Positions 31,821 to 42,040 are shown, numbered from the stretch's first letter. The stretch is 64,000 nucleotides of DNA from Alphaproteobacteria bacterium (GCA_965225945.1 CBDDBZ010000033.1:64001-128000), one strand, 5' to 3'. Numbers and translations are program-made. Notes: generated from the sequence alone by a model not told the origin.

Positions 31821-32325
31821 CTTGCCTATCCGGTTAACGCCCATGACCGCTACATGTAGGGTGCCGCCACTCTCCCGAGTAAAGCTCGGCATAGGTTGGA
31901 GCAGAGGTGTCGCCCGCGATGCCGAGCAATGAGCGGAAGGCGTTGAACGGGTAGAACCGCCTGTTGAAGCGGAAGGTGAACTCGTTGAGGTAGGCTTGTA
32001 GGTGCTGGTGGCTAACGCCGTGGTGGATACCGATCAGCCACGTCTTCAGGTTGGCGAAAACCAGATGGATGATCGGCAGGTATTGCTCGGCAACCTCTGG
32101 ATCACCACACTCGGCAACAGCGAAGTGCTCGTAGCCGCGCTTACCGAGGCCAGCATAGCCGCTCCAATCGTCAGTAACGATCAGCGATCCCGGCGCGACG
32201 GTGCTCTCGACGAACCCACAGAGCGACTCGGCGCTACGGTCGAGCACGACGGCGAGCCGAACGCGTCCGGCATAGCGTCCGTCTTTCCGGTTGTCGAGCT
32301 TGGTGCCCGGCTTTCGATGACGCAC
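31821..32325 (-). mobile_element. Inverted partial copy (3' half + right end) of the adjacent IS1595
   Basis: Reverse complement of about 32947-33478, lacking the 27-bp duplication and differing by a TAC/TAT SNP. Confidence 0.9.
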
Positions 32326-32346
32326 TGCGGTGGTCCTGGTTCGTTG

Positions 32347-33478
32347 CTTGCCTATCCGGTTTACACCCACACCCACTAGGGCTAGAATGGGCGCAAACCG
32401 GATATAGGGGAGCGCGCCATGGATGTTCTCGACCGCGCCGATCTCCCATTCCCGCATTCGCTACCCGAGTTCCAGCGACTTTTCCCCGATGATGCGGCCT
32501 GCGCCGCCTACCTGGAGAAAGCCCGCTGGGGAGACGGCTTTGCCTGCCCGCACTGCGGCACGGCGGGAGAGCCGTTCCACTTTGAAAACCGCCCTGGCGT
32601 CCTGCGCTGCCGCAAGTGCCGCCAGAACACCGGGCTGACGGTGGGAACAGTGATGGAGCGTAGCCACACTCCGCTGAACGTCTGGTTCTGGGCCGCTTAT
32701 CTGGTCGCCAGTCAGACGCCCGGCATGTCCGCCGTGCAGTTTCAGCGGCAACTTGGTCTTTCGCGCTACGAGACGGCCTTTCAAATTCTCCACAAGCTCC
32801 GCTCGGGCATGGTGCGGCCCAACCAAGACAGGATCGGTGGACAGCCCAAGAACCATGTTGAGGTGGACGAAACCTGGGTTGGCGGGCGAACGCGTGGGGA
32901 AGGCCGTGGTGTTCACCACAAGGTTCTCGTCTCCTGTGCCATCGAGGTGCGTCATCGAAAGCCGGGCACCAAGCTCGACAACCGGAAAGACGGACGCTAT
33001 GCCGGACGCGTTCGGCTCGCCGTCGTGCTCGACCGTAGCGCCGAGTCGCTCTGTGGGTTCGTCGAGAGCACCGTCGCGCCGGGATCGCTGATCGTTACTG
33101 ACGATTGGAGCGGCTATGCTGGCCTCGGTAAGCGCGGCTATGAGCACTTCGCTGTTGCCGAGTGTGGTGATCCAGAGGTTGTTGCCGAGTGTGGTGATCC
33201 AGAGGTTGCCGAGCAATACCTGCCGATCATCCATCTGGTTTTCGCCAACCTGAAGACGTGGCTGATCGGTATCCACCACGGCGTTAGCCACCAGCACCTA
33301 CAAGCCTACCTCAACGAGTTCACCTTCCGCTTCAACAGGCGGTTCTACCCGTTCAACGCCTTCCGCTCATTGCTCGGCATCGCGGGCGACACCTCTGCTC
33401 CAACCTATGCCGAGCTTTACTCGGGAGAGTGGCGGCACCCTACATGTAGCGGTCATGGGCGTTAACCGGATAGGCAAG
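32347..33478 (+). mobile_element. IS1595 family element
   Basis: IRs CTTGCCTATCCGGTTTAC and GTTAACCGGATAGGCAAG. Confidence 0.9.
32419..33465 (+). CDS. IS1595 family transposase
   Basis: CPHC/CRKC zinc ribbon, VEVDET, TDDW, YLNEFTFRFNRR; in-frame 27-bp duplication 33154-33207. Confidence 0.92.
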   Translation: MDVLDRADLPFPHSLPEFQRLFPDDAACAAYLEKARWGDGFACPHCGTAGEPFHFENRPGVLRCRKCRQNTGLTVGTVMERSHTPLNVWFWAAYLVASQTPGMSAVQFQRQLGLSRYETAFQILHKLRSGMVRPNQDRIGGQPKNHVEVDETWVGGRTRGEGRGVHHKVLVSCAIEVRHRKPGTKLDNRKDGRYAGRVRLAVVLDRSAESLCGFVESTVAPGSLIVTDDWSGYAGLGKRGYEHFAVAECGDPEVVAECGDPEVAEQYLPIIHLVFANLKTWLIGIHHGVSHQHLQAYLNEFTFRFNRRFYPFNAFRSLLGIAGDTSAPTYAELYSGEWRHPTCSGHGR

Positions 33479-33588
33479 AATATATCATCCGGCGAGGCAG
33501 TATTCATAAATGTAGAGATAAATTTGAGAAGATGCACATCGGCCCGTCGGGAACATTCCGACGCCCGGGGGAGCGGGCAGCCCGGCGT

Positions 33589-33610
33589 CTAGTCGGATTC
33601 TATCCACTAG
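33589..33610. repeat. CTAG-bounded palindrome, inverted partner of 31299-31319
   Basis: CTAGTCGGATTCTATCCACTAG. Confidence 0.8.
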
Positions 33611-33628
33611 CTTCGAACCCGCAGCGCT

Positions 33629-34951
33629 TCAGCCGAGCAGAAGGCTGCGGCGAGAGGCCAGGAATTCGTCGACGGCGGCCTCGATCACGTCGAAGTCCGC
33701 GTCATCGAGCGGCAGCATCAGATTGAACATGCCGCGACGACCGATATAGATCCCGCGCGCGATCAGGTCTAGCTGGAAGAGGGGCCTGAGCTCGTTGCGG
33801 CCGGCCTGGACGGCGTCGAAGTCGGCGATCTCTCCGGCGCGAAAATGGACCGTGAACATCGAGCCGCGCCCCCGAAACTGGACCGGCACGCCCTGCGCGC
33901 GGGCGCGGGCGTTCAGCCGCTCGCGCAAGCCGTCGCCGCGGGCGTTGAAGGGTCCGGCCGCCTCGGGCGGGTAGACCTCCTCCAGGCCGGCGAGCCCGGC
34001 GCTCATGGTCATGACGTTGTTGTTGAAGGTGCCGGAATGCGGCACTGCGTCGGCGCGGCGGGGGTCGAAGCGGTCCATGATGTCGGCGCGGCCGCCGAAG
34101 GCGCCGAAGCTCATGCCGCCGCCGACATACTTGCCGAGGGTGGTGAGGTCCGGTGTGATTGCGAGCTCGCCTTGCAGGCCGGCGGGGCCGAGGCGCGACG
34201 TCATCACCTCGTCGAAGATCAACAGCACACCGGCTCGGGCCGTCTCCTCGCGCAACATCGCCACGAATTCGGGCGTCGCCGGAATGCACCCCCCGCCGCC
34301 GAGCATCGGCTCCACGATCAGGCAGGCGAGATCGCCCGCGTGCTCGGCGATCAGGGCGCGACAGCCCGCGACGTCGTTATAGCGGCCGACGACGTAGGGG
34401 AAGGGGGCGTTGATCGGCATCGTCGGGTCGGCGAAGTAGAGCAGCCCGCCGTGATAGCCGCCGAACATCACCATCACATGATCGCGTCCGGTGACCACGC
34501 GGGCGATGGAGATCGCCATCAAGTTGGCCTCGGTGCCGGAATTGGTGAAGCGCACCCGCTCGATGGCGGGAAAGCGGGCGACCACGGCCCGGGCGAGCGC
34601 GCCCTCCTTCGCGTTGGGGCCGCCGAGCAAGATGCCGCCGTCGAGCGCCGCCTTGACCGCGGCCACAATCACCGGGTTCGAGTGGCCGTAGAGACCCGCT
34701 GTGTATTCGCCCAGGACGTCGACGTATTCATGCCCGTCGGCGTCGAGGACGCGGGCGTCCCGGCCCTCCACGAGGGCGAGAGGGAAGGGGTCGTAGTGCA
34801 GCGTGGTGCGCGTATTGCCGCCGGGCATGGCGGCGGCGGCGGCCTCGTTCAAGCGCCGGCTCTCAGGGTTGGCCTCGACGTAGCGGGCCTCGGCCTCGGT
34901 TAGCGCGGAGGCGAGATCGACGTTGGCGCCGGCGAGGCTTGCTTGGCTCAT
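33629..34951 (-). CDS. Class III aminotransferase (GSA aminomutase-like)
   Basis: MPGGNTR, FTNSGTEA, LIFDEVMT, LGKYVGGG, HSGTFN. Confidence 0.9.
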   Translation of the reverse strand: MSQASLAGANVDLASALTEAEARYVEANPESRRLNEAAAAAMPGGNTRTTLHYDPFPLALVEGRDARVLDADGHEYVDVLGEYTAGLYGHSNPVIVAAVKAALDGGILLGGPNAKEGALARAVVARFPAIERVRFTNSGTEANLMAISIARVVTGRDHVMVMFGGYHGGLLYFADPTMPINAPFPYVVGRYNDVAGCRALIAEHAGDLACLIVEPMLGGGGCIPATPEFVAMLREETARAGVLLIFDEVMTSRLGPAGLQGELAITPDLTTLGKYVGGGMSFGAFGGRADIMDRFDPRRADAVPHSGTFNNNVMTMSAGLAGLEEVYPPEAAGPFNARGDGLRERLNARARAQGVPVQFRGRGSMFTVHFRAGEIADFDAVQAGRNELRPLFQLDLIARGIYIGRRGMFNLMLPLDDADFDVIEAAVDEFLASRRSLLLG

Positions 34952-34963
34952 TCCCGTCTCCCG

Positions 34964-35077
34964 TCAGAAAAATGTCTTGAAGGCGATTATCGTGAAGGTG
35001 TCCCTGATCCCGGCCAGGGGCTGAATTTCCTCCGTGACGAAGCGGCCGATGTCGCGCCCCTCGTTCAGGTAGCACTT
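34964..35077 (-). pseudogene. 3' half of an Lrp/AsnC ligand-binding-domain small protein
   Basis: KCYL..DIGRFVTEEIQ..GIRDTFTIIAFKTF; 5' half replaced from TTAGAGCACTTTCCG onward. Confidence 0.65.
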
Positions 35078-35272
35078 AGAGCACTTTCCGACCAGGTTAA
35101 AACGTTTGACCGGGATGATTTTGGGTCGTGGCGGCGTTCCGCTCGCGACGGCGATGCGGGGTATCGGTAGCTGAGCGCAACGCCGCCACGGCGCGAAAGA
35201 ACCCGGCCGTCGGTGGGCCAACTCGACCCCGCGCCCGGCCGCTTGCCCGATGAACCACATCGCGGCGCGGCT

Positions 35273-36661
35273 TCACTCGGGCGGCTTGCGGCGAACGGGA
35301 CGCAGGACGAAAGCGGGCAGGGAATCGACCGAGCCCTGGGCTGGTGTCTCCTTGGCCGCGCGCTGGCGCGGCTTCGAGCTTGGTTTCGCCTTGGCCTCGC
35401 CGTCACGCGGCCGCGCTTTGCGTAACTGTCGAGATTTGGCTTTCGGCGCGCTCGCCTGCGGCGTCGAGGCGCGATCCCGGCGGGGCGCGGGGCGCCGCGC
35501 GCGGCGGCCGCGGCCGTCCTCCTCCGCCAACCGCTCGCCCTCGACGCCATCGATTTCGAAGCGGGGGATCGCGCGGCCGATCAGGCGTTCGATGGCCGTA
35601 ACGAACTTGGTGTCCTCGGGCGCGGCCAGGCTGAACGAGCGCCCGCGCATTCCGGCCCGACCGGTACGCCCGATCCGATGCACATAGTCCTCGGCGTGAT
35701 AGGGCATATCGAACAGGAAAACGTGGCTGAGGCCGACGATATCGAGGCCGCGCGCCGCCACGTCGGAGCAGACGAGGAGACGCAGTTCCTCGTTGCGGAA
35801 GCGTTCCAGGGTCTGGGTGCGGTGGCTCTGCGTCATGTCGCCATGCAGCGCCGCCGCGTCGAAGCCGTGCTTGGCGAGCGAGCGGGCGATGATGTCGACG
35901 TCGCGCTTGCGGTTGCAGAAGATCAGCGCGTTCTTGACCGGCTGCGAGCGCAGCAGCGCGCGAAGCGCCGGGCGCTTGTCGTCCGGGTGGACGATCGAGA
36001 GGCGCTGCTCCACCATTTCCGCCGGCGAGGCCGGCGGCGACACCGAGATCTCGACCGGATTGGTCAGGAACATGTCGGCCAGGCGGCGGATCTCCGCCGG
36101 CATGGTGGCCGAGAAGAACAGCGTCTGGCGCTTCGGATTGACCAGTCGCACGATCCGCTCGACGTCCGGGATGAAGCCCATGTCGAGCATTCGATCCGAC
36201 TCGTCGATCACCAGCGTCTCGACCCCGCGAAGCAGCAGTCCCCCGCGCTCGAAGTGATCCAGCAAGCGGCCGGGCGTGGCGACCAAAACGTCGACGCCGC
36301 GGTCGATTTTGCGGGCCTGGTCGTCGAACGAGGTGCCGCCGATCAGAAGCGCCATGGTGAGGCGGTGGAACTTGCCGTAGATCTCGAAATTCTCGGCCAC
36401 CTGGGCCGCGAGTTCGCGCGTCGGCTCCAGGATCAGCGAGCGCGGCATTCGCGCCCTCGCCCGCCCCTGGGCCAATCGGTCGATCATCGGCAGCACGAAG
36501 GCCGCCGTCTTGCCGGTGCCGGTCTGGGCGCAACCCAGGATGTCGACGCCGGCCACGACGTGTGGGATCGCCTGCGCCTGAATGGGCGTGGGTTCCTTGT
36601 AGCCGGCCTCGTCGACCGCCCGCAGGACGGACTCACTCAGTCCGAGTTCCGAAAATGACAT
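35273..36661 (-). CDS. DEAD/DEAH-box RNA helicase (RhlE-like)
   Basis: Q motif, AQTGTGKT, PTRELA, DESD, SAT, ARGLD, HRIGRTGRAG. Confidence 0.95.
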   Translation of the reverse strand: MSFSELGLSESVLRAVDEAGYKEPTPIQAQAIPHVVAGVDILGCAQTGTGKTAAFVLPMIDRLAQGRARARMPRSLILEPTRELAAQVAENFEIYGKFHRLTMALLIGGTSFDDQARKIDRGVDVLVATPGRLLDHFERGGLLLRGVETLVIDESDRMLDMGFIPDVERIVRLVNPKRQTLFFSATMPAEIRRLADMFLTNPVEISVSPPASPAEMVEQRLSIVHPDDKRPALRALLRSQPVKNALIFCNRKRDVDIIARSLAKHGFDAAALHGDMTQSHRTQTLERFRNEELRLLVCSDVAARGLDIVGLSHVFLFDMPYHAEDYVHRIGRTGRAGMRGRSFSLAAPEDTKFVTAIERLIGRAIPRFEIDGVEGERLAEEDGRGRRARRPAPRRDRASTPQASAPKAKSRQLRKARPRDGEAKAKPSSKPRQRAAKETPAQGSVDSLPAFVLRPVRRKPPE

Positions 36662-37116
36662 AAATTGAAGAGGCGATTCGTTGTTTGTCTTTGGGGTTTG
36701 ACTTCGGCGTTTGTCTTTGGGGCCCGTCGTCGCAAAGGCCGCCAACATGATCGAGGCCGCATGAGGGCGAGATAGTACGCAATAGGGCGCGAGTCAATGT
36801 CGCGCCGCCAAAAGCGGGGCGAGGGGGAATGGCGACGCGGCAATCGCTGGTCTCGGTGCCCGATTTGCCCTGCACCGAGCTTGTGTGGCGCGATCGGCTC
36901 GAGGTGCTGGAGGACCTGGCCGAGACGACGGTGGCGAGCGCGCAACGGGGCCATGATTCGCTCTCCGCCGTCGCCGACCGGCCACCGAAGCGACGGCGAT
37001 CGGCCGACCACGAAATACCGGCACCGCATCGAATTCATGAATAGTATCAATAAACATATTTAAATATCTGAAATGACGATATTATTCGATTTCAGGAATT
37101 CCAGCGGGGAGATCTA

Positions 37117-38253
37117 GTGTTCCGATCCTAACAAAAGTTTCCCAAAGGGCTTGCGTTCTGCGATTCTGGGGGAATGACGAAGACATTGGCATGCATCTGG
37201 CTGTCTCCCGCGGAGCGGGCGACGCTGGAAGGGTTGGTTTCTGGGCGGAACACGCCGCAGAAGCTGGTTTGGCGGGCACGGATCGTGTTGCTGTCGGCTG
37301 ACGGGATCGGCACGATGACGATCGTCCGGTTGGTCGGCAAAAGTAAGGTGACGGTGTGGCGCTGGCAGGAGCGCTACCTTGCCAAAGGCATCGCCGGACT
37401 GCGCCGCGATGCGACGCGACCGGGACGCAAGCCGCCGCTGAGCGCCGAGGTGATCGAGCGGGTTGTGCATAAGACCTTGCACGAGACGCCGGAGGCGGCG
37501 ACGCATTGGAGCATCCGCAAGATGGCCCGTGCCGTCGGCCTCAGCTACACCAGCGTGCAGCGGGTCTGGAAGGCGCACGGCCTCAAGCCGCACCTGGTGA
37601 AGACCTTCAAGCTGTCGAATGACGAACACTTCGTCGAGAAGGTGCGCGATATCGTCGGTCTCTATCTCGATCCGCCGGACAAGGCGCTGGTTCTCTCGGT
37701 CGACGAGAAGAGCCAGATCCAGGCGCTCGACCGCACACAGCCCGGCTTGCCGATCAAGAAGGGCCGAGCCGGCACCATGACGCATGACTACAAGCGCCAC
37801 GGCACGACGACATTGTTCGCCGCGCTCGACGTCGCCACCGGCAAGGTCATCGGCCACTGCATGAAGCGGCACCGCCATCAGGAATGGCTGAAATTCCTGC
37901 GCCGTATCGACGCCGAGACGCCCAAGAAGCTCGACCTGCATCTGATCGCCGACAACTACGCCACCCACAAGCATCCCAAGGTCAAGGCGTGGTTGGCAAA
38001 ACATCCTCGCTTCCATATGCACTTCACTCCGACATCCGCCTCCTGGCTCAGCCAGGTCGAACGCTTCTTCGGCCTGATCACCAGCGATCAAATCCGTTGC
38101 GGCGTGTTCAAGAGCGTCGCCGAACTCGAAACAGCCATTCAGGAATACCTCGAGCACCACAATGCCGATCCAAAACCCTTCGTATGGACCGCTTCCGCCA
38201 CCGCCATACTCGAAAAAGTCGCTCGTGGGCGACAGGCGTTAGAGTCGGGACAC
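37117..38253 (+). mobile_element. IS630 family element, complete
   Basis: IRs GTGTTCCGATCCTAAC and GTTAGAGTCGGGACAC, flanked by TA within CTAG on both sides. Confidence 0.92.
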
Positions 38254-38256
38254 TAG
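37174..38256 (+). CDS. IS630 family transposase
   Basis: SVDEKSQIQAL, HDYKRHGT, IADNYATHK, SWLSQVER. Confidence 0.95.
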   Translation: MTKTLACIWLSPAERATLEGLVSGRNTPQKLVWRARIVLLSADGIGTMTIVRLVGKSKVTVWRWQERYLAKGIAGLRRDATRPGRKPPLSAEVIERVVHKTLHETPEAATHWSIRKMARAVGLSYTSVQRVWKAHGLKPHLVKTFKLSNDEHFVEKVRDIVGLYLDPPDKALVLSVDEKSQIQALDRTQPGLPIKKGRAGTMTHDYKRHGTTTLFAALDVATGKVIGHCMKRHRHQEWLKFLRRIDAETPKKLDLHLIADNYATHKHPKVKAWLAKHPRFHMHFTPTSASWLSQVERFFGLITSDQIRCGVFKSVAELETAIQEYLEHHNADPKPFVWTASATAILEKVARGRQALESGH

Positions 38257-38464
38257 GGCCTGGCCCTGTAGAGCAGGACGTTCGCGGATTGGCGAAATTG
38301 CATTTGTACCGAGCTTGGCGAACGTATGATGTTGATTTCATTGTTGAACGTGATCTGAGCATAATTTGTCATAATATATATTATGCGATATCTCTCACCA
38401 GGCGGGCGGCAACCACCCTGGTTCCCAGTTGCGCCCGGCGACCGCCGCCTTAAGATGCGCCGCC

Positions 38465-39310
38465 ATGACGACTCCCGAGACGAATGGCGCCGAAAGGAAT
38501 GGCGCCGAGGCCATGGTCCGGCTGCTGGAGATCATGCGCCGGCTGCGCGATCCGGAGCACGGCTGCCCCTGGGACGTCGAGCAGGATTTCGCCTCCATCG
38601 CCCCCTATACCATCGAGGAGGCGCACGAGGTCGCCGAGGCGATCGCCCTGGGCGACATGGAGCAGCTCCGGAGCGAGCTGGGCGACCTGCTGTTCCAAGT
38701 GGTGTTCCACGCCCAGATGGCGCGCGAGCGCGACGCCTTCGCCGACGTGGTCGCCGCGATTTCCGACAAGATGATCGCCCGCCACCCCCACGTCTTCGGC
38801 GAGCTGGCGATAGAGGGTGCCCGGGCACAGAGCCGCGCCTGGGAAAGCCACAAGGCCGACGAGCGCGCCCGGCTCGCCGCCGGCGAAGGACGCCGGGCGA
38901 GCGTGCTGGACGGTATCGCGCGCGCGCTGCCCGCCCTGCTGCGCGCGCTCAAACTGCAAGCCCGCGCCGCCCGGGTCGGCTTCGATTGGGCCGAGGCGGC
39001 GCCGATCATCGACAAGATCGCCGAGGAATGCGCCGAGTTGATCGAGGTCGGGGGCGAAGCGGACGCCGGCCTCGATCGGCGTTTGGAGGAGTTCGGCGAC
39101 CTGCTGTTCTCGATCGTCAACCTGGCGCGCCATCTGGATCTCGACCCCGAGGAGGCGCTTCGGCGCGCCAACCGCAAGTTCGAGCGCCGCTTTCGCGCCG
39201 TCGAGGCGCGCTTCGCCGAAGCCGGGCGCGAGCTCGACCAAGCCGACCTCGACGAGATGGAAGCCGCCTGGCGGGCGGTGAAGCGAGCCGAGCGCGAGCC
39301 TCCGGCGTGA
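38465..39310 (+). CDS. mazG: Nucleoside triphosphate pyrophosphohydrolase MazG
   Basis: GCPWD, EELGDLL-type motifs in both domains, RHPHVF, ARVGFDW. Confidence 0.95.
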   Translation: MTTPETNGAERNGAEAMVRLLEIMRRLRDPEHGCPWDVEQDFASIAPYTIEEAHEVAEAIALGDMEQLRSELGDLLFQVVFHAQMARERDAFADVVAAISDKMIARHPHVFGELAIEGARAQSRAWESHKADERARLAAGEGRRASVLDGIARALPALLRALKLQARAARVGFDWAEAAPIIDKIAEECAELIEVGGEADAGLDRRLEEFGDLLFSIVNLARHLDLDPEEALRRANRKFERRFRAVEARFAEAGRELDQADLDEMEAAWRAVKRAEREPPA

Positions 39311-39717
39311 CCGAGGCCGTCCCTCCCCTTCGCGACGACGTCGGGGATCGCCTCGCCGGTGTCGCCGTGTGGGCTCCGTTCGCCCGGTTACCGGACGCTC
39401 GCCTGGTCGAGGCCGCGCCCGACCGCGTCGTCGTCTAGATGCGCATCGAGGCGCATCGCATGAACGGCGCCGGCCGAGTCCACGGCGGCGCCATCGCCGG
39501 CCTGATCGACATCGCCGCCACCGCCTGGGCCACCGACGACGCCGTCTTCGGGACCCCTGGCACCACTCTCGCCGTCACCGCCAACATATTGGCGCCGGGT
39601 TTGGACGGTACGCTCCGCGCCGAGGGCCGGATCATCCGCGTCCACGTCGCCGACCGCGCCGGCAACGGCGTCGCCGAGGGCCAGGTCAGCTACAAGCTCG
39701 ACCTCCGCCGCCCCTGA
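39307..39717 (+). pseudogene. PaaI family thioesterase with in-frame TAG (39436-39438)
   Basis: GTG start overlaps the mazG stop; NGAGRVHGGAIAGLID hotdog motif follows the TAG; C-terminal strands look shortened. Confidence 0.7.
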
Positions 39718-39955
39718 TCGCACCCTCGGCCGCCAACGTCGGCTTTCGGGCCCGGCCCCCGATCGCACCATTTTTTGCAGGATCGCACTTTCGGCGGGAG
39801 GAGATATTGTCGTATTATTTTGGTGCCAAGCCAGTTGGCGGAATGGACATGTTCGCGACCGAAGTCGAGCGAGTTCCAACATTTGACTGGCCTTTCCATC
39901 GCCACACCGGTACGCTGATTTTTGCTCACAACACATCTGTTTTTGGGAGCCCCTC

Positions 39956-40624
39956 ATGCAAAGACCTACGGCCGTGTCACGGCGCAAGCTGCTTGGTGGC
40001 GTCGTTGCTGGTACCGGTGCGCTGATCGCAGGTAAGGCGGCGCAGGCAGCGTGCGCCCTCACTCCGCGTCAAATCAACGGGCCGTTCTTTCCGGTCGCAA
40101 TCAACGATTATGACTGGGATATGACTCACATGCCCGGCCGGCGCGACCGCGCCGTGGGCGACGTGATCGAGATCGTCGGCCGCGTGCTCGACACCGACTG
40201 CAAGCCGCTCCGCGGCCCCATTCTCGACGTGTGGCAGGCTAACGCGGCGGGGCGCTATCTGCATCCACGTGATCCCAATCCGGCACCGCTCGACCCCAAT
40301 TTCGAGGGCTATGCCCGATTATATACCGAAGCGGATGGGGTCTATCGAATTCGAACGATTGTTCCCGGCGCCTATCCAGTGGAACCGGACTGGGTGCGCC
40401 CGCCGCATATTCACTTCAAGGTGCACCCGGCGACCGCGCCGTCTATCACCACGCAAATGTACTTCGCCGGACACGAGTTGAACGACAAAGACGGATTGTA
40501 TGCGCAGACGCCGGAGGCGGCGCGCCCGCTCATAACCGTCGCGTTCGACAATTCCACGGCTGACGGAGTTCGTCTCGGCAATTTCGACCTGCACGTCGAA
40601 ACCGGTCCGGAACTGCCGATCTGA
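39956..40624 (+). CDS. Tat-signal intradiol dioxygenase-like protein (PcaH family)
   Basis: SRRKLL Tat motif, GPFF, VWQANAAGRY, PGAYP, RPPHIHF, TQMYF. Confidence 0.85.
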   Translation: MQRPTAVSRRKLLGGVVAGTGALIAGKAAQAACALTPRQINGPFFPVAINDYDWDMTHMPGRRDRAVGDVIEIVGRVLDTDCKPLRGPILDVWQANAAGRYLHPRDPNPAPLDPNFEGYARLYTEADGVYRIRTIVPGAYPVEPDWVRPPHIHFKVHPATAPSITTQMYFAGHELNDKDGLYAQTPEAARPLITVAFDNSTADGVRLGNFDLHVETGPELPI

Positions 40625-40937
40625 CAAACCGCGAAACCAATATGAGGTCGTCGTCGATACGGTTGTCGCCTCGATGACCCGGAAGGTTACCTGGGCCGAC
40701 GACCGAGGTGGCACTAGCGCGAAGTTGGACGACGTGGACAAGGCCGACTTGGGGTCATCTCCAGCCGGTTAGAATCCGCTAATGTTTTGGAGAGTCTTGT
40801 GGGCACTCCTGACGTCGATTCAGCGAAAGATGGTATATCGCGGCGGCTGTGGCTGATGATATCAGGATGATGGCAGCCCCTTCACGCATGATCGATAAAT
40901 CGGGGTCGCCCTGACCTCGAACATCGAGGAAGGAGCG

Positions 40938-41990
40938 ATGACGATGGCACATTTCGTAGGTCTGGATGTTTCGGTGAAGGAGACGGCGGTATGCGTCGTC
41001 GACGAGGTTGGCGAGGTGGTGTTGGAGCGGAAAGTGCCGACCGAGCCGGACGACATCGTCACGCTGCTGACCTCGATCGGCGTGGCCTATGGCCGGATCG
41101 GGATCGAAGCCGGTCCGCTCTCGCAATGGCTGGTCAACGGTCTTGCCGCCGCCGGGCTGCCGGTTGTCTGCGTCGAGACTCGGCACATGAAAGCACTGCT
41201 CAAGGGGCAGCAGATCAACAAGAGCGACCGCAACGATGCGCGCGGCATCGCCCAGATGATGCGGGTCGGGCTGTTCAAGCCGGTGCATGTGAAGACCCTG
41301 GTTGCCCAGGAGCAGCGGATGCTGCTGACCAGCCGCAAGCTGCTCCAGAGAAAACTGCTCGACGTCGAGAACGATCTACGCGGGACGCTGCGCAACTTCG
41401 GTCTCAAGGTGGGCATGGTCAGCACCCGCGGGTACGAGGCGCGGATCCGCGAGCTGGTCGAAGACTTTCCGAAGCTGGCCGCTATTGTGGAACCGCTGCT
41501 CACCGTCCGGCGAGTGATGCGCCAGCAATTCGCGGTCCTCCACAAAATGGTGCTCGACACGGTCCGCCATGACCCGGTCTGCCGACGGCTCATGACGGCA
41601 CGCGGCGTCGGCGTGGTCGTCGCGCTGACCTACCGGGCTACCATTGATCAGCCGCAGCGCTTCGTTCACTCCAGGGCGGTCGGCGCGCATGTCGGCCTGA
41701 CGCCGAAGCGCTTCCAGTCCGGCGAGATCGACTATGATGGTCGCGTGTCCAAGTGCGGCGACAGCATGCTCCGCACGATGCTGTACGAGGCCGCGCAGTC
41801 GCTCCTCACCCACGGCCGGAAATGGTCCTGGCTGAAGGCGTGGGGCATGCGAGTGGCCCAGCGACGTGGCATGCGCCGTGCCATCGTCGCCGTCGCGAGG
41901 CGCCTGGCCGTAGTTCTGCACCGCATGTGGGTCGACGGCACCGAGTTCCGCTGGAGCAACGGCCCTGCTGACGCCGTCAAGGCGGATTGA
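40938..41990 (+). CDS. IS110 family DEDD recombinase
   Basis: GLDVS, GIEAG, KSDRNDA, GLTP..FQSG, AVARRLA. Confidence 0.95.
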   Translation: MTMAHFVGLDVSVKETAVCVVDEVGEVVLERKVPTEPDDIVTLLTSIGVAYGRIGIEAGPLSQWLVNGLAAAGLPVVCVETRHMKALLKGQQINKSDRNDARGIAQMMRVGLFKPVHVKTLVAQEQRMLLTSRKLLQRKLLDVENDLRGTLRNFGLKVGMVSTRGYEARIRELVEDFPKLAAIVEPLLTVRRVMRQQFAVLHKMVLDTVRHDPVCRRLMTARGVGVVVALTYRATIDQPQRFVHSRAVGAHVGLTPKRFQSGEIDYDGRVSKCGDSMLRTMLYEAAQSLLTHGRKWSWLKAWGMRVAQRRGMRRAIVAVARRLAVVLHRMWVDGTEFRWSNGPADAVKAD

Positions 41991-42040
41991 ACCTTCGACT
42001 GTACTGACAAGGAGATCAACGAGTTCTGCTTAGGCAGAGA

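Noticed and set aside
36797-37063. Short ORFs between the helicase and IS630
   Set aside because: No recognisable motif and several conflicting frames; cannot support a gene call.
39436-39438. In-frame TAG as pyrrolysine or programmed readthrough
   Set aside because: Non-catalytic position, the gene also appears to have a C-terminal deletion, and there is no pyl context; a nonsense mutation is simpler.
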